Shown here piece after piece: positions 44,155-52,322 of a DNA stretch of 52,322 nucleotides (positions are counted from its first letter, which is position 1; each line of letters opens with the position of its first letter). Under the pieces are notes generated by a model. It saw nothing but the letters and a program-made list of their open reading frames with translations, did not search any database and was not told the DNA's origin. This stretch comes from an uncultured Bacteroidaceae bacterium (GTDB lineage: Bacteria > Bacteroidota > Bacteroidia > Bacteroidales > SM23-62): contig CAZILN010000185.1 of NCBI GenBank assembly GCA_964540005.1, positions 1 through 52,322 on the forward strand, read 5' to 3'. The position numbers and the translations under genes are program-made.

Positions 44155-45609
44155 ATGGAAAAATATCCCCTGATTCCCAAAGGGATCACCCTGCCTTTCA
44201 TACTTCTTACCTCCCTGTTTTTTGCCTGGGCCATCCCCAACAACCTAACCGACACCATGCTGGCGGCATTTAAAAGGATCATGAGTCTGACCGATACCAA
44301 AACTGCATGGATACAGGTTTCCTGTTACCTGCTCGGGTACGGGTGTTTTGCAATCCCCGGTGCATTATTCATTAAGAAGTATACCTACAAATCAGGAGTG
44401 ATGCTTGGACTGGGACTTTATGCCCTGGGTGCTTTCCTGTTCTATCCTGCAATGCTTACTTCAGGAGGAAGCATAAATCTCAGCTTCATGATGTACCTTA
44501 CTGCAATTGTGATCCTTTTTGCGGGACTGTCGATTATTGAGACCTCGGCAAACTCCTATGTATGTGCCATCGGTCCGGAACAATCCGCCACCCGGCGTCT
44601 GAACTTTTCACAATCATTCAACCCCTTTGGTTCTATTGTGGGTGTTATAATCAGCCAGGTATTTGTGCTTTCTCAATTGAATACAATGAGTGCCGCTGAA
44701 CGGGCCTCTATTCCTGCGGAAGAATTGACCCGGATACAGGGAGGTGAATTAAATGCCGTTACCATGACTTACGTGGTCCTGGGATTGGTGATGGTGGTCC
44801 TTTTACTTGCGATATTAATTACCAGGATGCCTAAGCTGAAGGAGGATGATAAAAAACTTGATTTTGCCGGGACCTTCAAAAGGCTTAGTAAAAACAGAAA
44901 CTATGTATGGGGGGTGGCTGCCCAGTTTTTCTATGTGGGGGCCCAGATCGCTGTCTGGTCATTCATCATCAGGTATGCAATGCAGCAACTTCAGTTTGAT
45001 GCCATAATCGCAAAGATAGGATCAGATGCCAGCTCAGCAGAAATAATAGCTGTGCTGAGGAATGTCGAACCCGTAGCGGCCAGGTTTTATAATTTCTGTG
45101 AATGGATAGGGATGGATGTCCTGTTGCCCCGTACAGCCGAACAGGCCGGTGCTACTTATTATATAATGTCTTTGATTGCTTTCGTACTGGGACGGTTTAT
45201 CTGTACGGCTTTAATGAAGTTTATCAAACCCCGGAACCTTCTGACAGCCCTGGCACTGATTGCCGTGGTATGCTGTTTGGTTTCAATTTATGGACAGGGG
45301 TTCATTGGTGTGTATACGCTGGTTTTGATCTCCGGCTGTATGTCACTGATGTTTCCAACTATTTATAGTCTGGGGATAGCCGGACTGAAGGATGATACGA
45401 AAATCGGGGGTGCGGGGATGATCATGGCTATTGCCGGGGCAGCCTTCCTGACACAGATCCAGGGTATTGTCTCTGACCAGTCAGGGAGCATTAAGTTTGC
45501 TTACTGGGTGCCTACCATTGCCTTCCTTATAATTGCATACTATGCAGCCGTTGTGAGCCGGAAACGGGCGCCGGTTATATCCGGGACAGGAACTGATCTT
45601 CATCAGTAA
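44155..45609 (+). CDS. MFS sugar:H+ symporter of the FucP/GluP family
   Basis: The start is reassigned to MEKYPLIPK. SLFFAWAIPNNLTDTMLAAFK, YKSGVMLGLGLYALGAFLFYPA and ETSANSYVCAIGPEQSATRRLNFSQSFNPFGS align block by block with E. coli FucP as I remember it. Confidence 0.8.
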   Translation: MEKYPLIPKGITLPFILLTSLFFAWAIPNNLTDTMLAAFKRIMSLTDTKTAWIQVSCYLLGYGCFAIPGALFIKKYTYKSGVMLGLGLYALGAFLFYPAMLTSGGSINLSFMMYLTAIVILFAGLSIIETSANSYVCAIGPEQSATRRLNFSQSFNPFGSIVGVIISQVFVLSQLNTMSAAERASIPAEELTRIQGGELNAVTMTYVVLGLVMVVLLLAILITRMPKLKEDDKKLDFAGTFKRLSKNRNYVWGVAAQFFYVGAQIAVWSFIIRYAMQQLQFDAIIAKIGSDASSAEIIAVLRNVEPVAARFYNFCEWIGMDVLLPRTAEQAGATYYIMSLIAFVLGRFICTALMKFIKPRNLLTALALIAVVCCLVSIYGQGFIGVYTLVLISGCMSLMFPTIYSLGIAGLKDDTKIGGAGMIMAIAGAAFLTQIQGIVSDQSGSIKFAYWVPTIAFLIIAYYAAVVSRKRAPVISGTGTDLHQ

Positions 45610-45715
45610 AAATCTTATTACAGGCGGTTTGGTTAACTGGACCTGTGGGTTATTTTTATTACCCAGACTTGGAATCTGTCCGGGTAATTCTTAAATTGAA
45701 CATTATTTTAACTAT

Positions 45716-46639
45716 ATGAGATTTAACCGATTCATAAACCGGGGAACAGGGTTCTTAATTCTTATTATACCTGTCCTGATATGCTCCTCCTGTAAATCAG
45801 ACAAAAGCCATTCACGGGATGTCGGACAATACCTGGATGACTCCGAACTGTCAGAGGTAATGGTTCAGATCGACCAGATCCGGAACGTGTTTTACCTGAC
45901 CCCCTCACCGGCAGAGATGCTGGGCATTATTGATCTCACCGGCCTTCAGTTCGATGGCACATTGCCGAATAACAGGGATAATGCCGACAGGTATCTGGAT
46001 TCCAGGTCACAATCCCTGAACCTCGGGATATACATTACCGACCTTGCTTATATGGCGTTGTACGGAAGGCATGAGGAAACCATTGATTATCTTGAAACAG
46101 TCGGGGATATGGCCAGGCAGGTAAGGGTCAGTGAGGCAATAAGCAGTGAACTTGTTGATCGGGCAAGGGATAATGCGGAGTCGATGGATTCCCTGTATGA
46201 AGTATGTAATGAAGCCTTTGTCGAATTGCTGCTTTACTGCGAGCAGAACAAAAGGGCCAATACAGCCGTCCTGATCTCGGCCGGCGCATTCATTGAGAGC
46301 CTTTACATGGCCATCAGTATGGTGGAGGATTATAGCCAGGTGAATAAGCTGATCCAGCATCTTGCGGACCAGAAATACGTGATTGATAACCTGTTCCTGA
46401 TGGCTGAAAGTTTATCCGGGGATGATAATGTGAAGGCTTTACTTGAGAATTTAAGACCCGTGAAAGACCTGTACGACCTGGTCGAAGAACCTCAGGGTAA
46501 CACAACAATGAAAAAAGAAGATTCAGGTAAACTGGTGATCGGATCAAAGAAACAAATCGGGCTGTCTGAAGATCAGTTCAGGGAATTGAAAAAGATCACG
46601 ACTGAAGTCCGGACAAATATCATATCAAATATTGTTTAA
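45716..46639 (+). CDS. Hypothetical lipoprotein
   Basis: 307-aa ORF with a lipobox-like LICSSC. I recognise no family motifs, and the composition looks predominantly helical. Confidence 0.55.
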   Translation: MRFNRFINRGTGFLILIIPVLICSSCKSDKSHSRDVGQYLDDSELSEVMVQIDQIRNVFYLTPSPAEMLGIIDLTGLQFDGTLPNNRDNADRYLDSRSQSLNLGIYITDLAYMALYGRHEETIDYLETVGDMARQVRVSEAISSELVDRARDNAESMDSLYEVCNEAFVELLLYCEQNKRANTAVLISAGAFIESLYMAISMVEDYSQVNKLIQHLADQKYVIDNLFLMAESLSGDDNVKALLENLRPVKDLYDLVEEPQGNTTMKKEDSGKLVIGSKKQIGLSEDQFRELKKITTEVRTNIISNIV

Positions 46640-46651
46640 CGTGCGTCAGTA

Positions 46652-47110
46652 ATGAAAAATCTAAACTGTTTATTCCTTTTCACTGCCCTTTTATCATTAT
46701 TTACCTTTAATACTTGGGCCCAGGAATGCACTGAATACCACAAGAAAGGTGATTGTAGTATGGATAAGGAAAGGGGCTGGAAAGTATACAGCCAGTCGAA
46801 AAGTTCAGCCATATCCCTCAAGGAGGCGGTTGATTTCAACGTCGTTTTTTACGGACAGAAAAACTATGTTTTATCTTTTTGTACCAGCCAGCACATGTAC
46901 CCGGTGCATTACAAATTGCTGGATCCGCAGACCCGGGAAGTACTGTATGACAATGCAGGCGACAGGTATGTTGGTTCGCTCGAAGTAGGATTCGATGTGA
47001 CCAGGTCGCTGCTGATTGAGATAGATGTGCTGGCAGAGACAGCACCGTCAGAGAAGAAAAAGTCAGAACCCGGGTGCATAGGGCTGCTGATACAGTATGA
47101 TAATTACTGA
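46652..47110 (+). CDS. Hypothetical secreted protein
   Basis: 152-aa ORF with a signal peptide (LFLFTALLSLFTFNTWAQ). It lies 12 nt after the previous gene. Confidence 0.5.
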   Translation: MKNLNCLFLFTALLSLFTFNTWAQECTEYHKKGDCSMDKERGWKVYSQSKSSAISLKEAVDFNVVFYGQKNYVLSFCTSQHMYPVHYKLLDPQTREVLYDNAGDRYVGSLEVGFDVTRSLLIEIDVLAETAPSEKKKSEPGCIGLLIQYDNY

Positions 47111-47190
47111 CCCATGCCTGTCTGGTAAATAAGTTGTTCAAAAAAATTGAAATAAACTGCTGAAACCGGTACCGTATAGCTTACTGATGA

Positions 47191-47208
47191 GCATCCTGGA
47201 ATGGATGC
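47191..47208 (+). terminator. Weak candidate terminator hairpin GCATCC-TGGAAT-GGATGC
   Basis: 6-bp stem about 80 nt after the stop at 47110. A TTTTT run begins 8 nt downstream of the stem. Confidence 0.3.
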
Positions 47209-47350
47209 AGCTGTGATTTTTCCTGTTTACTTCCAACCAAAAATCCTAAGTGTTGTTGTAGGCCAAACACCTACAAAAAAATCAGCCTTTATACTATACT
47301 GGAGGAGTTTATAATTCTCTAATTTCACAACAATTAATCTTCATTGAGAT

Positions 47351-49915
47351 ATGAAAACAGCCAAAATGCCAACCGGAGTCGAAAAAAGGATTTTCCCGGT
47401 TGTGGGCATAGGCGCCTCGGCAGGCGGACTGGAAGCCCTGGAACAGTTTTTTGGCAATATGCCTGAAAACAGCGGTATATCTTTCGTGGTCATCCAGCAC
47501 CTCGACCCGGACCACGTTGGCATTATGCCCGAGCTTTTACAAAGGACTACCCGCATGAAGGTCCTGCAGGCGACCGACAGGCTTAAGGTGAAACCAGACT
47601 GTGTATATGTGATACCACCCAAAAAGAGCCTTTCATTGCTGAATGGCGCACTGCATTTGTTCGATCCGGTTGAATCACGCGGCCTTCGTTTACCTATAGA
47701 TATTTTTTTCCGGTCACTGGCCGACGACATGCAGGAAAAAAGCATTGGTATTATACTTTCGGGCATGGGATCCGATGGCAGCCTGGGACTGAAGGCCATT
47801 AAAGAAAAAAACGGGGTGGTACTGGTGCAGGATCCTGCCACTGCCAAATTCAACGGTATGCCCCTCGCCGCCACCGAAGCCGTAATTGCTGATATTGTGG
47901 CACCCGCCGGGGAGTTGCCCGGCAAACTGATCGATTACCTTAAGTTTATCCCGGCAATAAAAACAGGCCCCGAGCTTGAGAGTAAAAATAAAAGCAACCT
48001 GGATAAAATTATCATCCTGCTACGCGAACATTCAGGCCATGATTATTCTTTGTATAAAAAAAATACCCTTTTTCGCCGGATCGAAAGGCGCAAAGGTGTT
48101 CACCAGATAGACAAGATACAAACCTATGTCCGCTTTTTGCAGGAAAATCCTCAGGAAGTCGGGATCCTTTTTAAAGAGCTGCTGATTGGTGTTACCAGCT
48201 TTTTCCGCGATACTGCCGTATGGGAAATGCTCAAAGAAAGTGTTCTTCCTGCCCTGATTAACGAACTGCCCGACGGACATGCTCTGCGTGCCTGGGTGCC
48301 GGGTTGCTCAACCGGGGAAGAGGCCTATTCCCTGGCCATAGTTTTTAAAGAAACACTTGAAAAAGTCAAAAAGTGCAAAAACCTTACTCTGCAGATATTT
48401 GCCACCGATCTCGATAAGGATGCCATTGAGAAAGCCCGCAAAGGTAATTTTTCTTCAAACATCACTGCCGATGTATCACCCGAACGTATCAGCCGGTTTT
48501 TTACTGTTGAGGATGACGGCTATCGCATGAATACCGACATACGTGAAATGATGGTGTTTGCTACTCAGAATGTCATCAAAGACCCTCCCTTTACCAAACT
48601 CGACATTCTTTCGTGCCGCAATATGCTGATATACATGGAACCCGGATTGCAGAAAAAACTTACAGCGCTGTTTAATTACAGCATTAATCCCGGTGGAATT
48701 ATGATACTTGGCTCAGCCGAAACCCTTGGTACCCGGGAAGAAGGTTTTACGGAGCTTGACGCCAGATTGAAAATTTTTAAACGCTCTGCGACAGTTCTGC
48801 TGCCTGAACTGGTTGATTTCCCAAGCTCTTTTTACCGCAATAAAGTAATGGCAATTGATAACAAAACATCCCCGAAAGTTATTGAAAACATACAGACCCT
48901 TGCCGATCAGATTTTGCTTCAGCGTTTTGCCCCTGCCGGCGTGCTGGTAAACGATAAAGGAGACATAATTTACATCTCAGGCCGCACCGGGAAATACCTT
49001 GAACCGGTTGCAGGCAAGGCAAACTGGAACATTCATGCGATGGCACGCGACGGATTGCGCCAGGTGCTGCCGGGTGCCTTCCGAAAAGCCTTGCAGAACT
49101 TTGATCCGTTGATCCTGCACAATATAAAGATAGGAACCAACGGGGGTACCCAGTGTGTGGATGTCACTATTCAACGCATCGAAAACCCCGATTCGATAAG
49201 AGGCATGGTTATGGTGGTATTTACCGATCTGCCAGTCGTAGCTGAACAATATGTAAAGAGCCCGAAAACAGGAAAACAAAGTTCGACCGGGCAACAGAAG
49301 GAACTGGAAATTGAACTGCAACGATCGTATGAAGAGCTGCAAAGCACCCGCGAAGAAATGCAGACATCCCAGGAAGAGCTGCAATCAACCAATGAAGAAC
49401 TGCAATCGACAAATGAAGAACTTACAACCTCCAAGGAAGAGATGCAGAGCCTGAACGAAGAACTGCAAACGGTTAATCTTGAACTGCAGACCAAGGTAAG
49501 TGATTATATCCAGATGCACGATGACATGAAAAACTTGCTCAACAGTACCGAGATTGCTACCCTTTTCCTCGACAAGGAGTTGAACATCCGCAGGTTCACC
49601 GATCAGGTAACCAGGATATTTAAACTGCGTACCTCTGATATCGGCAGGCCTTTTACCGACCTGGTAACTGATTTGCAGTACCCCGAAATGGACAACCATA
49701 CCAGGCAGGTACTCAGATCCCTGACACCCATCGAAACGGCAATTGAAACAAACGACGGAAGGTGGTTTACTGTCAGGATCATGCCTTACCGAACCCTCGA
49801 CGATCGCATCGATGGACTGGTATTGACATTTACTGATATAACCATAGCCAAAAAGCTTGAAATAGAGCTGAAAAAAGCAAATGAGGCACTTCGCAGAAGC
49901 AAGAAAAACCTGTAA
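47351..49915 (+). CDS. CheB methylesterase - CheR methyltransferase - coiled coil - PAS fusion protein
   Basis: CheB-like VVGIGASAGGLEALEQFF. CheR-like SFFRD and GCSTGEEAYSLA. The coiled coil ELQSTREEMQTSQEELQSTNEELQSTNEEL is typical of this fusion family. C-terminal PAS (GRWFTVRIMPYR). Confidence 0.88.
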   Translation: MKTAKMPTGVEKRIFPVVGIGASAGGLEALEQFFGNMPENSGISFVVIQHLDPDHVGIMPELLQRTTRMKVLQATDRLKVKPDCVYVIPPKKSLSLLNGALHLFDPVESRGLRLPIDIFFRSLADDMQEKSIGIILSGMGSDGSLGLKAIKEKNGVVLVQDPATAKFNGMPLAATEAVIADIVAPAGELPGKLIDYLKFIPAIKTGPELESKNKSNLDKIIILLREHSGHDYSLYKKNTLFRRIERRKGVHQIDKIQTYVRFLQENPQEVGILFKELLIGVTSFFRDTAVWEMLKESVLPALINELPDGHALRAWVPGCSTGEEAYSLAIVFKETLEKVKKCKNLTLQIFATDLDKDAIEKARKGNFSSNITADVSPERISRFFTVEDDGYRMNTDIREMMVFATQNVIKDPPFTKLDILSCRNMLIYMEPGLQKKLTALFNYSINPGGIMILGSAETLGTREEGFTELDARLKIFKRSATVLLPELVDFPSSFYRNKVMAIDNKTSPKVIENIQTLADQILLQRFAPAGVLVNDKGDIIYISGRTGKYLEPVAGKANWNIHAMARDGLRQVLPGAFRKALQNFDPLILHNIKIGTNGGTQCVDVTIQRIENPDSIRGMVMVVFTDLPVVAEQYVKSPKTGKQSSTGQQKELEIELQRSYEELQSTREEMQTSQEELQSTNEELQSTNEELTTSKEEMQSLNEELQTVNLELQTKVSDYIQMHDDMKNLLNSTEIATLFLDKELNIRRFTDQVTRIFKLRTSDIGRPFTDLVTDLQYPEMDNHTRQVLRSLTPIETAIETNDGRWFTVRIMPYRTLDDRIDGLVLTFTDITIAKKLEIELKKANEALRRSKKNL

Positions 49916-49966
49916 CACCACCCGGCTCACACAAGCGAAGGGCACCAGGTCAGAAAGGAAGCAATT

Positions 49967-51358
49967 ATGAAAAATGCCGGTAAGAAATCAGAAGCCGTAA
50001 TCCTGAGACAGAAAGCAGAGGAGTTGATGAAAAAGAAACAGTCAAAAACAGGGACGCAGGCATCTGAATTACGCGAGCGCATTCCCCGAAGCTCTGCTTC
50101 GGGGTTAGCGAGCACAAATGAAAATAAACAATTAATCGACGATTCCTCGCAGCTCTGCTGCGAGGAGAGTCAATCCGAAACGCTGAAACTCCTTCACGAG
50201 CTGGAGGTACACCAGATAGAGCTGGAATTGCAGAATGATGAACTCATGCTGGCAAGATCCGCTGCACAGGAGGCTGCTGAAAAATATATTGAATTATATG
50301 AGTTTGCACCATCTGGTTACTTTACACTTTCCAGGGAAGGTAAAATCATCGAGCTGAACCTTCGCGGATCGCAGATACTTGGCAAAGAAAAAGCACACCT
50401 GAAAAACAGCCTGTTTGGTTTTTTTGTCTCCAGCGATACAAAATCAATCTTCAATCTCTTCCTCGGGAATATATTTTCCAGCAAGGCCAAAGGATCATGC
50501 GAGGTATCGCTGAAACCGGATGGCAACTCACCAACGTACATATACCTTTCCGGCATTATAACTGAAAATGAGAAACAATGCCTTATAACCGCAGTGGATA
50601 TTACCAAACGAAGAGAAGCCCTGGAACAAATAAAACAAAAAAGTGAACAATTGGAGAAAGCCAATGCTGAAAAAGATAAATTTTTCTCCATCCTCTCACA
50701 CGATCTTCGAAGTCCGTTGAGTTCTTTTATTGGTCTCACAAAGATCCTTTCAGAGAGATTGCCTGAAATGAACCAGAATGAAATTCAGAAACTAGCAGAT
50801 ACCTTAAAAAAAACTTCAACATCGATTTACCTTCTGGTTGTTGATCTTCTTGAGTGGTCGGTACTGCAACGTGGATTGGCTGATTTCAACCCTGTGCCAG
50901 CGCCCCTTATTGAAGTTGTTAAAAGCAGCACAGAGTCTCTTTCTGATCTGGCACACCAGAAAAATCTGGAAATACAATTGCAGGTACCTGAAAATCTTTT
51001 AGTGAAGGTAGATCGGACAATGCTTGAATCTACCCTGAGGAATCTGCTCTCAAATGCAGTAAAGTTTTCATTCCGGGGTGAAAAAATAGTGGTATCGGCA
51101 AAGCTTGCTCATGACAATTTTATTGAAATAGCAATAACAGATACCGGTGTTGGGATGAGTCCTGAGTTATTGGGCAATTTGTTTCAAATGAACGGAGAGA
51201 CAGGTCACGAAGGTACTGAAGGGGAACCCAGCACGGGCCTTGGGCTGCTGTTGTGCAAGGAATTCGCCGAAAAACATGGCGGGAAAATTCACGCTGAATC
51301 GATAGAAGGTAAAGGAAGCACGTTCCGGTTTACTGTACCGGGAGCAGGTGCCGGGTAA
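49967..51358 (+). CDS. PAS domain sensor histidine kinase (cytoplasmic)
   Basis: Coiled coil HQIELELQNDEL, a PAS domain, the H-box FFSILSHDLRSPL, and HATPase blocks DTGVGM and GLGLLLCKEFAEKHGG. Confidence 0.88.
   Translation: MKNAGKKSEAVILRQKAEELMKKKQSKTGTQASELRERIPRSSASGLASTNENKQLIDDSSQLCCEESQSETLKLLHELEVHQIELELQNDELMLARSAAQEAAEKYIELYEFAPSGYFTLSREGKIIELNLRGSQILGKEKAHLKNSLFGFFVSSDTKSIFNLFLGNIFSSKAKGSCEVSLKPDGNSPTYIYLSGIITENEKQCLITAVDITKRREALEQIKQKSEQLEKANAEKDKFFSILSHDLRSPLSSFIGLTKILSERLPEMNQNEIQKLADTLKKTSTSIYLLVVDLLEWSVLQRGLADFNPVPAPLIEVVKSSTESLSDLAHQKNLEIQLQVPENLLVKVDRTMLESTLRNLLSNAVKFSFRGEKIVVSAKLAHDNFIEIAITDTGVGMSPELLGNLFQMNGETGHEGTEGEPSTGLGLLLCKEFAEKHGGKIHAESIEGKGSTFRFTVPGAGAG
50084..50104. 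repeat. Hairpin 1 of a covarying pair: CCCCGAAG-CTCTG-CTTCGGGG
   Basis: Perfect 8-bp stem and 5-nt loop, inside the coding sequence of the 49967 gene. Confidence 0.85.
50145..50165. repeat. Hairpin 2 of a covarying pair: CCTCGCAG-CTCTG-CTGCGAGG
   Basis: Perfect 8-bp stem with the same CTCTG loop. It differs from hairpin 1 at two stem positions, and both changes are compensated on the opposite arm. Confidence 0.85.
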
Positions 51359-51430
51359 TAAACCTGGCCAAAGGAACCTTCGCCCTGATAAATGCATCAG
51401 TCAGTCAGGCCCTCAGGAAGCAGTTGATAA

Positions 51431-52322
51431 ATGAAAAACTCACAGCTTATGAAAAATTCAAAGGATAACAAAACATCGGAGGCTACATCTTTGCGCCAGA
51501 AAGCAGAAGAGTTGATGAAAGCGAGACCTTCAAAATCAAGTTCGCAGCTTTCTGAAGCCGAAGCGCTGAAACTCATTCATGAGCTTAAGGTGCACCAGAT
51601 AGAGCTGGAATTGCAGAACGAAGAACTCATACTGGCAAGATCCGCTGCACAGGATGCTGCTGAAAAATATGCTGAATTATTCGATTTTGCTCCTTCGGAT
51701 TGTTTTGTGCTTTCCAGGGAAGGCAAAATCATTGAGCTAAACCTCAGCGGATCGCAAATGCTGGGCAAAGAACGCTCCCTTTTAGAAAACTGCCGGTTTG
51801 ACCTTTTTATTTCCGGCGATACAAAACCAATTTTCAATCTCTTTCTTGAGAAAGTATTTAACAGTAAAACCAGAGAATCATGTGAACTGAGCCTGTCAAC
51901 CGGTGACAACCTGCCTGTGCATGTTCATCTTACCGGGATCGCTACCGCAAATGGAGAACAATGCCACATAAACGTGATTGATATAACAGGGCGCAAGCAG
52001 GCGGAAAAGGACATCCTCTACCAGGCACAGCTATTGGAAAATGTTTCTGACGCCGTGGTTTCAACAGATAATGAATTCAACATTGTAAGTTGGAATAAGG
52101 CCGCGGAAACGTTTTACGGCTGGCAGGCGGATGAAGTTATTGGTAAGGCTTTCAACCAGGTTGTACCGGTGAAATATATAAATGCTGACAATGAGGATGT
52201 TTTGCTCCAATTCCGCAATGAAGGTCTTTGGAAGGGTGAAGTCATCCAGCAGAAAAAAAACGGCGATGAATTTTATGTGCAAGCTTCCATGACAGTTCTG
52301 AAGGATCAAAACGGGAATCCCA
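51431..52322 (+). CDS. PAS domain sensor protein, 3' end truncated by the window (tandem paralogue of 49967)
   Basis: This ORF is not in the supplied track because it has no stop. My translation from the ATG at 51431 is open to nt 52322: MKNSQLMKNSKDNKTSEATSLRQKAEELMK...HQIELELQNEELILARSAAQDAAEKYAELFDFAP...  A second PAS domain follows (IVSWNKAAETFYGWQADEVIGK). Confidence 0.85.
   Translation, partial: MKNSQLMKNSKDNKTSEATSLRQKAEELMKARPSKSSSQLSEAEALKLIHELKVHQIELELQNEELILARSAAQDAAEKYAELFDFAPSDCFVLSREGKIIELNLSGSQMLGKERSLLENCRFDLFISGDTKPIFNLFLEKVFNSKTRESCELSLSTGDNLPVHVHLTGIATANGEQCHINVIDITGRKQAEKDILYQAQLLENVSDAVVSTDNEFNIVSWNKAAETFYGWQADEVIGKAFNQVVPVKYINADNEDVLLQFRNEGLWKGEVIQQKKNGDEFYVQASMTVLKDQNGNP

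Noticed and set aside
45253-45267. TGGCAC motif resembling a sigma-54 -24 element. Others occur at 43031-43036 and, on the minus strand, near 30061-30075.
   Set aside because: These motifs lie inside coding sequence or point away from any gene. The GC of the -12 element is missing or at the wrong spacing: GG-N8-GC at 45253, and TATT instead of TTGC on the minus strand near 30061-30075.
47256-47276. Hairpin TTGTAGG-ccaaaca-CCTACAA in the 240-nt region upstream of the CheB-CheR gene.
   Set aside because: The 7-bp AT-rich stem is followed by an A-run on the plus strand and preceded by the T-run on the minus strand, so it does not look like a terminator for either flanking gene. No repeat copy exists elsewhere in the window.
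47341-47925. 194-aa minus-strand ORF. Similar long antisense ORFs occur at 35595-36122, 49385-49945, 50317-50739, 51577-51909, 12344-12865 and 20461-20883.
   Set aside because: Each lies entirely antisense to an ORF with strong family motifs. All have low-complexity or Ser/Cys/Arg-rich composition typical of shadow ORFs.
49320-49500. Roughly 21-nt periodic DNA repeat (gaagagctgcaatcaaccaat / gaagaactgcaatcgacaaat ...).
   Set aside because: It encodes the EELQSTNEELQ coiled-coil heptads that are a standard feature of CheB-CheR-PAS fusion proteins. It is not an independent element.
1-52322. Search for rRNA, tRNA, integrase/transposase genes, toxin-antitoxin pairs, restriction-modification or other defence systems, and prophage genes.
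   Set aside because: No intergenic stretch is long enough or shows a cloverleaf-like structure. No ORF carries recombinase, nuclease/helicase or methyltransferase defence-type motifs. The window reads as metabolic and regulatory chromosome rather than a mobile or defence island.

Overview
The window looks like a chromosomal segment from an anaerobic member of the Bacteroidota. The evidence is the ECF sigma / FecR / STN-TonB receptor / DUF4249 set, the LytS-LytTR pair, lipoprotein signals, a CAZyme cluster and AT-rich intergenic regions. About 92 percent is coding, and I found no rRNA, tRNA, CRISPR array or intact mobile element.

Layout:
1. 1-13.0 kb: glycan-utilisation genes. These are a GH2 beta-mannosidase-like enzyme (5' truncated), a Tat-exported Gfo/Idh/MocA oxidoreductase, a DUF1080 protein, a GH35/42-like enzyme, GH127 and a plant-type DUF579 methyltransferase homologue. 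A CPBP protease and a LytS/LytTR two-component pair interrupt them.
2. 10.7-23.9 kb: a tightly packed run of 20 minus-strand genes. It ends in the conserved but uncharacterised Fe-S neighbourhood of DUF134, DUF5320, Zn-ribbon, NifX-like, NifU-like, 2x MinD-ferredoxin ATPase and NifX-like genes. Three Arg/Gly low-complexity proteins lie at or beside its upstream end.
3. 24.6-38.6 kb: the most unusual locus.
   - A Crp/Fnr regulator sits next to a perfect TGTGA-N6-TCACA box.
   - A DsrE-like / TusA-like / MvhD-like / short HdrA / long HdrA / small wHTH operon follows.
   - Next comes a predicted sigma-54 promoter driving four genes: a periplasmic PstS-like domain fused through a TM helix to a GcvH-like domain, then NrfC-like, NrfD-like and a second membrane-anchored GcvH-like paralogue.
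   - The locus ends with a sensor kinase carrying c-type haem motifs, a sigma-54 activator and an archaemetzincin.
   - I propose this as a candidate undescribed sulfur/redox relay module. It lacks HdrBC, QmoC and any catalytic partner for the NrfCD pair.
4. 38.7-47.1 kb: ECF sigma / FecR / TonB receptor / DUF4249, a FucP-family transporter and two unknown secreted proteins.
5. 47.4 kb to the end: a CheB-CheR-PAS fusion and two tandem paralogous PAS sensor proteins. The first carries an in-frame 93-nt insertion with two covarying hairpins.

All family assignments come from reading motifs in the translations and from my memory of the families. No searches were run.
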